Notes under the pieces: generated by a model | The model's input: the letters and a program-made list of their open reading frames with translations, nothing else | Told to the model about the DNA's origin: nothing | The model's database searches: none | Position numbers and translations under genes: made by a program | Shown: positions 9,219-17,656 of the stretch, one piece after another | How the letters are laid out: every line of letters starts with the position of its first letter | Position numbering within the stretch: position 1 is the stretch's first letter | Source: an archaeon | GTDB taxonomy: Archaea; Iainarchaeota; Iainarchaeia; Iainarchaeales; CSSED10-239 | NCBI GenBank assembly: GCA_035390665.1 | Contig: DAOOUC010000002.1 | Coordinates: 1 to 32,000 of the forward strand | Length of the DNA stretch: 32,000 bases | Direction: 5' to 3'

Positions 9219-9413
9219 ATGATTTGTCCTGTAAGATGCTTTTCCTGTGGTCAGGTTGTTGCTCACAAATATGATGAGTATGTTAAATTAACTACTAAAG
9301 AAAAAAAAAGCCCAGAAGAAGCACTTAATATTTTAGGTATAAAAAAATATTGTTGTAGAAGAATGTATTTAACACATGTTGAAGTCATTGATGACATTAT
9401 GAAATATAATTAA
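9219..9413 (+). CDS. rpo10: RNA polymerase subunit N (Rpo10); start corrected to ATG 9219
   Basis: MICPVRCFSCGQVVAHKYDEY...CCRRMYLTHVEVID; GGTG 9207-9210 sits 8 nt upstream of ATG 9219, so the ORF-track start at 9177 is unlikely. Confidence 0.96.
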   Translation: MICPVRCFSCGQVVAHKYDEYVKLTTKEKKSPEEALNILGIKKYCCRRMYLTHVEVIDDIMKYN

Positions 9414-9425
9414 ATGTGAAAAATT

Positions 9426-10289
9426 ATGGATAAGAAAGCAGTAAAAGAAACTCAAGATAAACCACAAAATTCTGGAAGAACATTAGTAAATGTTGATTTA
9501 TATTTAAAAAACGGAATACATATTGGAACTAAATATAAAAACGGGCCAATGAGAAAATTTGTATTTAAGTCAAGAAATGATAAAATCAATGTCATGGATG
9601 TTCAAGGAATCGATAAAAGAATAAAGATGTCTGTTGATTTTATTTCAAAATATGAACCACAAGATGTTGTATTTATTTCAAGAAAGAAATATGCACTTCC
9701 AGGGGTTAAGATTTTAGAACAAGCATTTGGTTATAAGTCTAAGTTAAATAGATTTATTCCAGGAACTTTTACAAATCCTGAATCAGAACACTTTATTGAA
9801 CCTAAATTAGTTTTTATTGCAGATCCTAATGTTGATAGACAAGCAATTATTGAAAGCACAAAAGCAAATATTCCAGTAATTGCTCTTTGTACAACTTCAA
9901 GTAATACAAGGAATGTTGATTTTATTATTCCTTATAACAATAAAGGAAGAAAATCAGTTGCTTTGTATTTTTGGATATTAATTAGAGAGCTTGAATTAAG
10001 AAACGGAGTTATTAAATCAGATAAAGACTTTGCATACACAATTGATGACTTAGTATATAATTCAGAAAATGGAGAAAAAGAAGTAGATGAAGAAAATGTT
10101 GTTTCAAGAAAAAGAGTTAGAAAAGTAAGTTCTAAAACACCAACAAGAAGACCAACAACAGCAAGAAAACCAACAGACGCTCCAAGAAGACCATACACAA
10201 GAAGAACACCAATTACAACACCAGCAGCAACAACACCTGTTGCAACAGAAACAGCAGCAGAAACTCCAAAAGTTGAAGAAAAAGTATAA
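9426..10289 (+). CDS. rps2: Ribosomal protein S2 (uS2) with ~65 aa low-complexity Arg/Thr/Pro/Ala C-terminal tail
   Basis: ORF 287 aa; MDVQGIDKRIKMSVDFISKYEPQDVVFISRKKYALPGVK and FIPGTFTNP; tail TPTRRPTTARKPTDAPRRPYTRRTPITTPAATTPV. Confidence 0.94.
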   Translation: MDKKAVKETQDKPQNSGRTLVNVDLYLKNGIHIGTKYKNGPMRKFVFKSRNDKINVMDVQGIDKRIKMSVDFISKYEPQDVVFISRKKYALPGVKILEQAFGYKSKLNRFIPGTFTNPESEHFIEPKLVFIADPNVDRQAIIESTKANIPVIALCTTSSNTRNVDFIIPYNNKGRKSVALYFWILIRELELRNGVIKSDKDFAYTIDDLVYNSENGEKEVDEENVVSRKRVRKVSSKTPTRRPTTARKPTDAPRRPYTRRTPITTPAATTPVATETAAETPKVEEKV

Positions 10290-10311
10290 ATAAATAGGTT
10301 TATTTATTTAT
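10286..10311. repeat. Perfect inverted repeat, 11 bp arms, GGTT loop
   Basis: ATAAATAAATA-GGTT-TATTTATTTAT, overlapping the S2 stop codon and upstream of the TrmB-like gene. Confidence 0.7.
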
Positions 10312-10359
10312 CGATAATATATATATAATAGTTTTAATTAATTAAGGTGAAAAAGGCAA

Positions 10360-11085
10360 ATGCAAAATAATAAAGTATTAAATTTATTGTTAGAGTTTGG
10401 ATTAACAGAATATGAAGCAAAAACTTTGACAACTTTATTTAATTTTGTAGAAGCTGATGCTCCACACATTAGTAGGAATGCAGAAATTCCAAAAACAAGA
10501 ATTTACGATGTTCTAGAAAAATTAAAAGAAAGAGGATTGGTTCTTGAAGTTTATGGTAGGCCAAAAAGATATAAGGTAATAGAACCAAACGAGATTTTTA
10601 AATATTTAATGGATGAAAAACAGAAACAATTATCTGGTCTTGATAAACAAGTAAAAGATATTTTAAGTAAAGACAATTGGATGGCACAAGTTAATTCTGT
10701 TCAAGAAAAAATATTACAAGTTAAAAGTATTAAAGATTATAACAAAATATTATCTCAAGAATTTGAAGGTGCTGAAAAATCAATTACTGGTTTTACACGT
10801 TTTGACGAAAGAATCGATGCATTTAGATCAATTTATGAAAAACCAGAAGTTTCAGTAAATTTAATATCTAAACCATTGTCAAAAGACTACGACTTACCAA
10901 GCAATTTTAAGATTCAAGAAAAAGATCACTCAATGGATGCTTTTATTGTTGATAAGAATAAAGTTATTATGTCATTAAATGATTTGTCAACACCAAAAGA
11001 AACATATCATTTAACTATTTTAAAAAACAATCCAAGTTTAACAAAAGCAATAACTACTCATTTTGATGATTATTGGAAAAAGTAG
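10360..11085 (+). CDS. TrmB-family transcriptional regulator
   Basis: ORF 241 aa; winged-helix N-terminus LLEFGLTEYEAKTLTTLFNFVEADAPHISRNAEIPKTRIYDVLEKLKERGLVLEVYGRPKRY. Confidence 0.88.
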   Translation: MQNNKVLNLLLEFGLTEYEAKTLTTLFNFVEADAPHISRNAEIPKTRIYDVLEKLKERGLVLEVYGRPKRYKVIEPNEIFKYLMDEKQKQLSGLDKQVKDILSKDNWMAQVNSVQEKILQVKSIKDYNKILSQEFEGAEKSITGFTRFDERIDAFRSIYEKPEVSVNLISKPLSKDYDLPSNFKIQEKDHSMDAFIVDKNKVIMSLNDLSTPKETYHLTILKNNPSLTKAITTHFDDYWKK

Positions 11086-11146
11086 TTTTTCTCTTTTTTT
11101 ATTTAAATAAAAAGCTTTAAATATATTTGTAGCTTTAAGACTATTT

Positions 11147-11464
11147 ATGTTTAAATTTAAGAGATTAAATTCTAAAGGGCAAGGCACTCTTGAGATGTTA
11201 ATAATACTTGGAATATTAATTCTTGGAGCAGTTATTTTTTCAATGATCTATATTGGGAATATAAGAAAAGAAAATAAAGTAAATAAATCAGAAGACACCT
11301 CTGTTTCAGACTTTAATTCTTCACTATACACTTATGAAGTTCCTGCACAAACTGGTTTTAATTTTAATTTTGAAGATGCCCTAATTTCTATTAGTTTATT
11401 ATCCTTAATTGGAATGTTTAGGCCAATTCCTATTTTTAAGATAATCAACCAGAAAGTAATATAA
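11147..11464 (+). CDS. Class III signal peptide (archaeal type IV pilin-like) small protein
   Basis: ORF 105 aa; N-terminus FKRLNSKGQGTLEMLIILGILILGAVIFSMIYIGN matches KGQ-x-x-x-E class III signal plus H-domain. Confidence 0.75.
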   Translation: MFKFKRLNSKGQGTLEMLIILGILILGAVIFSMIYIGNIRKENKVNKSEDTSVSDFNSSLYTYEVPAQTGFNFNFEDALISISLLSLIGMFRPIPIFKIINQKVI

Positions 11465-11487
11465 ATATTCTTATCTTTAAATTAATA

Positions 11488-14325
11488 ATGAAAAGAAATA
11501 TTTATTTATTACTATTAATTAGTTTAATTCTATTTGTAAGTGTTGTTTATGCAAAAGAAAGCACTGTAGAAGAATCACAAATAGAAGAAGGCAATTTAGA
11601 CTTTTACAAATATCCAGATGTATTTTATCCACCAGAAGAAGAACTTGCAAAGCAAGGCATGACTTTAGAAAGTTACAAGCAAGCATTAAAGCGAAGCGCG
11701 CCAAAGAATCGAAACTCAAGTGTCAACAACATTTGGGGCACATGTCCAACAACTGGAACAGTAAAGATTCCAGTGTTGCTTGTAAAATTTTCTGACAAAA
11801 ACATCACAACTTACAATTTATCAGATATTAATAATTATTTTAATTCACAAGACATCAATTCTAATTTTATAAGTGTGAGCAAATACTATAATATGCAATC
11901 ATATGGAACTCTTAATTTTGTCTTCGATGTTTACGATTGGACAACCATGCCACAAACTTTTGCTTACTATTCAGCAAATAATGTTACCGAATATCAATTA
12001 CCAATTGATGCGTATACTACTTTCAATCCATCTGTAGATTTTGCACAATATGATAACGATAATGATGGCAGAATTGATGGTGCAGTTATAATTTATCCAG
12101 ATATTGGAAAAACTACCTCGTTAGGAATTTGGCCACAAACACGAATCTTAAAAGCAGATTTTGATTATTTATTTGATAACAAATATTTAGGAAATACTTC
12201 GTTAGTTTCTGAAAGAAAAAGTGACACTTCCAATTATTTTGCAACAGTAATAGCAATACACGAGCTTGCACACATTCTTGGACTTCCGGATTTATATTCT
12301 TTAAATCCGCAAGGAACTTTTGATGAAGGACCAATTTATCAAATGTCTATGATGATATTTAAAGATTATACGTCAACAACAAATCATTGTTTAAATAAAC
12401 CAATTAATCTTGATGTTTGGTCAAGATATTTTTTAGGTTGGATAACTCCAAAAGAGTTGAATACTTTTGATGATAAAAATCAAACTTTAAGAAGTGTAAA
12501 TTATTATCCTGATGCTGTAATATTAAAAAATAATAATCTTTTAGATAGAGAATATTTTATAATTGAAAATAGACAGAGAGACTCAAATGTATCTAATTTA
12601 GATAAATGCCTGTTTTCTAATTCTTCGCCGTACAATATCGGAGGTTTTGCAATTTATCATGTTGATGAGAATAAAATTGAAGCCCATTATCCAAATATAA
12701 ATGGCAATGTTAATTGGGATCCAGATGGTAATTATTATGATGATACAACCAGGCCAGGAATAACTTATGAGAAAAATTATGTTACTTCTTTAAATTCATT
12801 TACAATACAAGTTGCAGATTTATATTATTATCAAAACACCCTTCCCGGAATTAGGGAGTATTTTGATGAAAACCATCATTTAAGACCAGGATATACAACA
12901 TTTGATATGACAACAAAATCATATTCAGGAAATCCAAATCCATTAATTAGATTCCAAGCATGGTCTGGGCCAACAGATAATATTAAAACGGCAACAATAT
13001 TGATTGCAGAAGATACAATTACTCCAATAATCGATTACAATAGTGGAACTTATCCAGAAGGAACGGAGTTTGTTATTTCTACGACAACTCCAGATTCAAT
13101 AATTTATTATACAACTGATGGATCAACTCCAAATTTTAATTCTCCCCAAATAGAAAGTGGCTCTGCAATAACATTGCCTGTTGGAACAATAACATTAAAA
13201 GCAATGGCGAAAGGGGAAGATTATTATAAAAGTGAAATTATTACCAGAACATACACAATAACCGGGACAGTTGCTAATCCACAAGCAACACCAGCAAGTG
13301 GTTTTGTAGATTATGGTACCCAAGTTAGTTTAAGCACAACAACTGATGGAGCAACAATAAGATATATTCTAGATGGAAGCGAACCAACAGAGAGTAGTTC
13401 AATTTATAGTTCTCCAATAACCATAACACAAGACACAATAATAAAAGCAAGAGCATTTAAAGAAAATTGGCAACCAAGCGATATAGTTGAATTTAACTAT
13501 ACAGTAAATGTAGTTGTTGCACCTGTTGCTTCACAAGAATCAGGAGTATTAGATTTTAGAACTCCAGTTACTTTAAGTACTACAACAACTGGAGCAACAA
13601 TAAGATATACAATAGATGGAACAGAACCAACAGCAACTTCACCAATATATACTTATCCAATATATGTTGTAAGGCCAATTACATTAAAAGCAAAAACATT
13701 TAAGACAGGACAAGAACCAAGTGATACATCAAGTTATGATTATCAAGTAAAATTATCAAATCCTAAATTTAATATTGATTCAGGAAATTATCCATTTACT
13801 ACTAAAATAATTTTAACATCAGATGTTCCAGGAGTACAAATATATTATACAACAGATGGATCTGATCCTAATGATGGACAATTATATACTGCTCCATTAA
13901 GATTATTAGAAGATACACAACTAAGAGTAATATCAAAAAGAATAGATTATGTTGATAGTGATATTATACAAAAAGATTATAGCATATCTCATCAAGAACA
14001 ACAAGTTCCAACACTATTAATAAATCCAAGAACCCCGAGAGCTTATGAAAATTTTGATATAACATATATAACAGAAAGACATTGGGAAGACGATATTAAT
14101 TTTTCAATAAATAATATGAATGGTTGTACTTTTAATTTAAGACATCCATTGCTATATAATGATGGCCATTATAGTTATTATATTTTTGAAAACAATAGAT
14201 GTATAAGAAGACAACAAAGAAGATTAACTTTTGTTGCAAGTAATCAGAACGATTTAGAAAGAGTAGATACAGAAATAACAATACTAGATTCTGGAATAAC
14301 AGCAATTGCTGTTGGACGAGAATGA
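11488..14325 (+). CDS. Secreted M6-like metalloprotease with four CHB_HEX_C-type C-terminal repeats
   Basis: ORF 945 aa; Sec signal peptide; zinc motif HELAHILGLPDLYS; repeated [I/V]-x-Y-x-x-DGS/T-x-P units. Confidence 0.85.
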   Translation: MKRNIYLLLLISLILFVSVVYAKESTVEESQIEEGNLDFYKYPDVFYPPEEELAKQGMTLESYKQALKRSAPKNRNSSVNNIWGTCPTTGTVKIPVLLVKFSDKNITTYNLSDINNYFNSQDINSNFISVSKYYNMQSYGTLNFVFDVYDWTTMPQTFAYYSANNVTEYQLPIDAYTTFNPSVDFAQYDNDNDGRIDGAVIIYPDIGKTTSLGIWPQTRILKADFDYLFDNKYLGNTSLVSERKSDTSNYFATVIAIHELAHILGLPDLYSLNPQGTFDEGPIYQMSMMIFKDYTSTTNHCLNKPINLDVWSRYFLGWITPKELNTFDDKNQTLRSVNYYPDAVILKNNNLLDREYFIIENRQRDSNVSNLDKCLFSNSSPYNIGGFAIYHVDENKIEAHYPNINGNVNWDPDGNYYDDTTRPGITYEKNYVTSLNSFTIQVADLYYYQNTLPGIREYFDENHHLRPGYTTFDMTTKSYSGNPNPLIRFQAWSGPTDNIKTATILIAEDTITPIIDYNSGTYPEGTEFVISTTTPDSIIYYTTDGSTPNFNSPQIESGSAITLPVGTITLKAMAKGEDYYKSEIITRTYTITGTVANPQATPASGFVDYGTQVSLSTTTDGATIRYILDGSEPTESSSIYSSPITITQDTIIKARAFKENWQPSDIVEFNYTVNVVVAPVASQESGVLDFRTPVTLSTTTTGATIRYTIDGTEPTATSPIYTYPIYVVRPITLKAKTFKTGQEPSDTSSYDYQVKLSNPKFNIDSGNYPFTTKIILTSDVPGVQIYYTTDGSDPNDGQLYTAPLRLLEDTQLRVISKRIDYVDSDIIQKDYSISHQEQQVPTLLINPRTPRAYENFDITYITERHWEDDINFSINNMNGCTFNLRHPLLYNDGHYSYYIFENNRCIRRQQRRLTFVASNQNDLERVDTEITILDSGITAIAVGRE
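13015..13995 (+). repeat. Four intragenic CHB_HEX_C-like repeat units (~80 aa each)
   Basis: PDSIIYYTTDGSTPN, DGATIRYILDGSEPTE, TGATIRYTIDGTEPTA and PGVQIYYTTDGSDPND recur at ~240 nt spacing. Confidence 0.8.
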
Positions 14326-14390
14326 TACGAAAAGATTTAAATATACTAATAATGTATATTTAGATATATATTTAGAAATGTGATTAATAA

Positions 14391-16139
14391 ATGTTTAAAT
14401 CAAAAAAAGGACAAATTGCTTTAGAAGTATTAGTAATATTTGGTGTTTTAGTTATCGGTTCAATAATTTTTGGACTATTTTATATGAATAATGTTAAAGA
14501 CATTTTAGTTGAAGGACCAGGAACTAAACAAGATAAGAATGGCGGCGGAGATGTTTATGATGATTTAGAAGGTTCTTTAATATACAATGAAGAACAACAG
14601 ATTGGATCTAGTTCTCACGGTATAACCGGAGGTAGCGGAGGTTCTAGTGGGACAGGAGGAACAGACGACCCAGAAGACCCACCAGTTCCATATTGTGGAG
14701 ATGGGGAGTGTAATGGAACAGAAACCACAATTAGTTGTCCACAAGATTGTACAGCAGGATATTTCTTTGGAAGTTTGGAATTAAGTATATTACCAGAAGA
14801 TATAGCTTATACTACAGATAAAATTACAATTAATGTAACATTTGAAAGTGACGCGCAATCTTCTCAAATATCACAAATTAATATAAAAAAATACAATTTA
14901 GATGATTATGCTTATTATGATACAATAGATTGTGGATTAATGGATTATGATAATAATTATACTTATTTAAATGTAGGAGAATTATTGCCATTACAACCAG
15001 GATATTTAACAGGTTCTTTTGATTTTATTTGTAATCAATCAGGATACTATGAATTTACTTTTTCTATAAATACAGGAGAAGACACTATAACTAATTATAT
15101 AAATAAAGAAATCGTAGAACCAGAGCAACCATTAGAATTTATTTCAGTCTGGGATACAGATTATACTGGTTCTGGACTTACAAAAAATAATGAAATCTTA
15201 CTTCCTTTAATTAATAGTGGAAATTATGATTTTTATGTAGATTGGGGAGATGGGGAAATAACGCACATTACAAATAATGATAGCAAAACAGTGCTTTATG
15301 CATTTTCTGGTGTTGACTACGATGGTGTAGCAAAACACGAATATATTCGCCCAGGAGAATATATTGTTACAATAACAGGGACAATAGAAGGATTTACTTT
15401 TGTAAGACCAGATTTTATGGGTGGCGTTCCAGTTGATGCAATAAAATTAAAAGAAATTTCACAATGGGGGCCTTTAAGATTAGGAAGTCAAGGACAATAT
15501 TTTAAAAGTGCACAAAATTTAGTAATAACTGCAACAGATTTATTAGATACCAGTGATGTAACTGATATGTCTTACATGTTTTCAGAATGTACATTAACTG
15601 ATGTTCCAAGGATAAGCGAATGGGACACCTCAAACGTAACAGATATGAGCCGTATGTTTTATTATTCACCTAATTTCAATCAGCCACTATCATTTGATAC
15701 TTCAAATGTAAGAGATATGAGTCACATGTTTTATTATGCGACAAAGTTTAATTCTGTAATTGATTTTGATACTTCAAATGTTGTGAATATGCAATCTATG
15801 TTTGAAGGCGCTAGAAAATTTAATCAGCCACTATCATTTAATACTTCAAATGTAACAGATATGAGTTATATGTTTTATGCTGCTGAAGATTTTAATTCAT
15901 CTATAAATTTTAATACATCAAGTGTTACCAATATGGCCAACATGTTTAATTTTGCACGGAATTTTAATCAACCATTAAACTTTGATACTTCAAATGTAAC
16001 CAATATGGACGGGATGTTTTATTTTGCAGAGAATTTTGATCAAAACATAAGTAATTGGAATGTAAATTATGTACTCTCATGGGTCTATATGTTTGAGGGC
16101 TGCCCAATACGAAATGAGTATAAACCACAGTTTAGATAG
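14391..16139 (+). CDS. Class III signal peptide surface protein with PKD-like domain and BspA/DUF285-type repeats
   Basis: ORF 582 aa; KSKKGQIALEVLVIFGVLVIGSIIFGLFYMNN; YCGDGECNGTETTISCPQDC; repeated FDTSNVTDMSYMFYxAxxFNQPLxF. Confidence 0.88.
   Translation: MFKSKKGQIALEVLVIFGVLVIGSIIFGLFYMNNVKDILVEGPGTKQDKNGGGDVYDDLEGSLIYNEEQQIGSSSHGITGGSGGSSGTGGTDDPEDPPVPYCGDGECNGTETTISCPQDCTAGYFFGSLELSILPEDIAYTTDKITINVTFESDAQSSQISQINIKKYNLDDYAYYDTIDCGLMDYDNNYTYLNVGELLPLQPGYLTGSFDFICNQSGYYEFTFSINTGEDTITNYINKEIVEPEQPLEFISVWDTDYTGSGLTKNNEILLPLINSGNYDFYVDWGDGEITHITNNDSKTVLYAFSGVDYDGVAKHEYIRPGEYIVTITGTIEGFTFVRPDFMGGVPVDAIKLKEISQWGPLRLGSQGQYFKSAQNLVITATDLLDTSDVTDMSYMFSECTLTDVPRISEWDTSNVTDMSRMFYYSPNFNQPLSFDTSNVRDMSHMFYYATKFNSVIDFDTSNVVNMQSMFEGARKFNQPLSFNTSNVTDMSYMFYAAEDFNSSINFNTSSVTNMANMFNFARNFNQPLNFDTSNVTNMDGMFYFAENFDQNISNWNVNYVLSWVYMFEGCPIRNEYKPQFR
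15624..16055 (+). repeat. 72-nt (24 aa) tandem repeat array inside the BspA-like gene
   Basis: The acNtcaaatg-type core recurs at 15627, 15699, 15771, 15843, 15915, 15987, exactly 72 nt apart. Confidence 0.93.
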
Positions 16140-16140
16140 T

Positions 16141-16584
16141 TTATATTTTTTCTCTTTTTATTTTTCCTAATTTTAGTATTTGCTTAGATAATGGATCTCC
16201 GTATTCTTTAAAGTAATAGACTTCTTTAAACCCAAGTTCCACTAAAAACCTAGAACAAATAGTACAAGGGGAATAACTACAATATAGTGTTGCATCTTTA
16301 AGGTCAATACCCTTCTTTAAAGCATTAAGAATAGCCCTTTGCTCAGCACAAAGCCCAGTACATAGCTCATTTCTTTGCCCTGGCCTCATTTTAAAATACT
16401 CTTTAGCACAACCAATAACAGAACAAGGCGGAATAGTTGAGCTGTTACCATTATACCCAGAAGATAGGATTTTTCCATTTTTAACAATAACTGCCCCAAT
16501 TTGTTTTCTTAAACAAAGTGATAGTTTTTCTTGTTTTTTAAGTTCTTTAAGTATTTCTGTTGATACCATGAAAATATCAAACAT
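16141..16584 (-). CDS. dCMP/cytidine deaminase-like zinc enzyme
   Basis: ORF 147 aa; GAVIVKNGKILSSGYNG, CAEQRAILNAL, YCSYSPCTICSRFLVELG. Confidence 0.88.
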   Translation of the reverse strand: MFDIFMVSTEILKELKKQEKLSLCLRKQIGAVIVKNGKILSSGYNGNSSTIPPCSVIGCAKEYFKMRPGQRNELCTGLCAEQRAILNALKKGIDLKDATLYCSYSPCTICSRFLVELGFKEVYYFKEYGDPLSKQILKLGKIKREKI

Positions 16585-16612
16585 AAATCTATTTAAAAAG
16601 CTTACTTTAGTA

Positions 16613-16630
16613 TATATTATATATAATATA
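16613..16630. promoter_or_regulatory. Perfect 18-bp AT palindrome in divergent promoter region
   Basis: TATATTATATATAATATA between the minus-strand deaminase (start 16584) and plus-strand L7Ae. Confidence 0.5.
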
Positions 16631-16689
16631 AAATCTTTTTTCTAAAGAAAAAAGCCGATGAAAAAACAAATATTTTGGAGGTTTTAAAT

Positions 16690-17169
16690 ATGGCAGAATT
16701 TGTTAAGTTTTCAGTACCTGAGGATCTTAAGAATCTTCAAGCTGACGTTATTTCAAAAGTTTCTAAATCAGGAAAGATTAAAGTAGGAATTAATGAAGTA
16801 ACAAAAACAATAGAGAGAAATACAGCTAAATTAGTTGTTATTGCTCAAGATATATCACCTGCAGAAATTGTAATGCACGTTCCAATAATCTGTAAGGAAA
16901 AAAGCATACCTTTTACATACGTCTCAACAAGAGAAGAACTTGGAAAGATTTCAGGTATCGGCGCAAAAGCAAGTGCAATAGCAATTGTTGATGAAGGAGT
17001 ATTAAAGAAGGAATTTAGTGCTTTATTATCAAAGATAGAAGAAATTAGTGGAGTTACCGCAAAATCAAAACCAGAAGCAAAAGAGGAAAAGCCAAAAGTA
17101 GCTGATAAAAAACCAGCAGCAGAGAAAAAACCAGTAGCAAAAAAAGAAGTTGCTGAAAAGAAAGAATAA
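16690..17169 (+). CDS. rpl7ae: Ribosomal protein L7Ae with K/A/P-rich C-terminal tail
   Basis: KVGINEVTKTIERNTAKLVVIAQDISPAEIVMHVPIICKEKSIPFTYV; start taken as ATG 16690 because GGAGGT (16677-16682) lies inside the longer ORF-track start at 16675. Confidence 0.93.
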   Translation: MAEFVKFSVPEDLKNLQADVISKVSKSGKIKVGINEVTKTIERNTAKLVVIAQDISPAEIVMHVPIICKEKSIPFTYVSTREELGKISGIGAKASAIAIVDEGVLKKEFSALLSKIEEISGVTAKSKPEAKEEKPKVADKKPAAEKKPVAKKEVAEKKE

Positions 17170-17185
17170 AGGGGGTTGAATATTT

Positions 17186-17395
17186 ATGCCAGAAGAAGGA
17201 GTTCCAGCAGAAATTGTTGAAATTGTTGGAAGAACAGGTTCAAGAGGCGAAGCAACCCAAGTTCTTTGTAGAATTTTAGATGGCTTTGAAAAAGGAAGAA
17301 TTAAGAAAAGAAATGTAAGAGGCCTTGTAAAAAAAGGAGATGTCTTAATCTTAATGAATCCAGAATCTGAAGCAAAGGATATTAGAGGAAGATAA
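17186..17395 (+). CDS. rps28e: Ribosomal protein S28e
   Basis: ORF 69 aa; PAEIVEIVGRTGSRGEATQVLCRILDG...RNVRGLVKKGDVLIL. Confidence 0.95.
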   Translation: MPEEGVPAEIVEIVGRTGSRGEATQVLCRILDGFEKGRIKKRNVRGLVKKGDVLILMNPESEAKDIRGR

Positions 17396-17410
17396 AAACG
17401 GTGAAAACAA

Positions 17411-17614
17411 ATGAATTGTACATTTTGTGGTAAGGAAATAAAGAGAGGCACTGGAATTATCTTTGCTAAGAAAGATGGAACAGTAAGTTACTTTTGTTCA
17501 AGTAAATGTAAGAAAAATCAATTAGAAAAAAAATACAAACCATTAAAGACAAGATGGACAGACACATACCACATTGAAAAAACAAGACATCAAAAAAAGC
17601 AAGCTGCTCAATAA
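17411..17614 (+). CDS. rpl24e: Ribosomal protein L24e
   Basis: ORF 67 aa; CTFCGKEIKRGTGIIFAKKDGTVSYFCSSKCKKN. Confidence 0.94.
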   Translation: MNCTFCGKEIKRGTGIIFAKKDGTVSYFCSSKCKKNQLEKKYKPLKTRWTDTYHIEKTRHQKKQAAQ

Positions 17615-17656
17615 AAGCACTTTCTTTTTTATTTTTTTAGTTAAAGTTTTAAAAGA

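Noticed and set aside
11113-11138. Direct repeat AGCTTTAA twice, 18 bp apart, upstream of the pilin-like gene
   Set aside because: Short and AT-rich; overlaps a plausible TATA element and is likely by chance without further copies.
15549-16080. Regular 72-nt spacing could suggest a CRISPR or satellite array
   Set aside because: The periodicity is in frame with a continuous ORF and translates to the BspA/DUF285 24-aa repeat; there is no repeat/spacer alternation.
16675-16689. Upstream start MEVLN for L7Ae
   Set aside because: The GGAGGT Shine-Dalgarno lies inside this stretch, so ATG 16690 is the better start.
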